A stretch of 64,000 nt of DNA, from contig JBHGNT010000003.1 of assembly GCA_043228905.1 (NCBI GenBank), forward strand, positions 14,384,001-14,448,000, written 5' to 3'. Position 1 is the first letter of the stretch. Every line of letters begins with the position of its first letter. This stretch comes from Azolla caroliniana. Taxonomy: Eukaryota; Plantae; Polypodiophyta. The translations under genes and the position numbers were made by a program. The notes under the pieces were generated by a model. The model was given only the letters and a program-made list of their open reading frames with translations, had not been told where the DNA came from and made no database searches. Shown here piece by piece: positions 63,582-64,000 of the stretch.

Positions 63582-63634
63582 AGGCCGGATAGTGGGATTC
63601 GACGTACAAGGTACTGTCCCACGGGCATGCCATG

Positions 63635-64000
63635 TGTTAGCCAACCGACAAGGAGTGGAGGACAGTCCAGAAGGTGAAAGGGCAGGATTTATCGGAAGCC
63701 GTTATTAGAGTAATTAGTAATTAAGTATATTTTGAGAAGTGAACGGATGGACCGGAATCGGTATGTCGATCCGGATCCGGACCAGTTCATATCAGTGTGC
63801 CGGTTGGCACCGTTTTGTATGCAGAGCCGGTGATCTATAAAAAGGCCCGGTTACATTGTAAAAAAGGACAGATAATTAATAAAGCTCTATTGTCTTGTCT
63901 CTGTGTATCGATTACCGTTCTGTGCTAATTACTTTCTATTCTTACGCATGTATTAAGATTCATGATATGTTGCTTAAGTAGCCGATATAGGTCTGATTAA
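63635..64000 (+). repeat. Family B LTR running off the window end
   Basis: Aligns with 54013 onward with scattered substitutions; not preceded by a polypurine tract. Confidence 0.92.

Larger units (their letters stand above)
54013..63634 (+). mobile_element. Non-chromovirus Ty3/gypsy family B copy 2: LTR 54013-54473, PBS, gag-pol (~54525-60250), extra ORF
   Basis: TG...CA LTR; PBS 54481-54490; gag CYYCPQEGHYSNQC; PR IIDGGSGMN; RT FLDDF; RNase H; INT (KWGLNFVGPF...GPYW). Many in-frame stops. Confidence 0.94.

Overview
This is eukaryotic, heterochromatin-like DNA, most likely from a non-seed land plant (inferred from Tcn1-like and Phygy/Selgy-like Ty3 elements, a Sola-like transposase, GT-AG introns and a CCCTAAA repeat). 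No intact host gene is visible. Most of the window is nested, decayed LTR retrotransposons (several Ty3/gypsy and Ty1/copia families, solo LTRs), plus a LINE 3' fragment and microsatellites. The stand-out block is 28.5-35.4 kb. A Sola-like DDD transposase (minus) lies head-to-head with a 6-exon gene (plus) whose spliced product fuses a ParB/Srx-like domain to a prokaryote-type beta-class N6A/N4C DNA methyltransferase. Intron 1 of that gene holds a 51-bp array of palindromes. Both genes are pseudogenised in this copy, and the SAM-binding motif was replaced by a telomeric-repeat filler. Also notable: a ~1,025-codon extra ORF in a gypsy element, with a conserved C-terminal motif in a sister family; a self-priming Tcn1-like element; and a PPT-enclosing hairpin conserved across three copia 3' ends. 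Family labels A-H are mine. All calls come from reading by eye, with no database searches.
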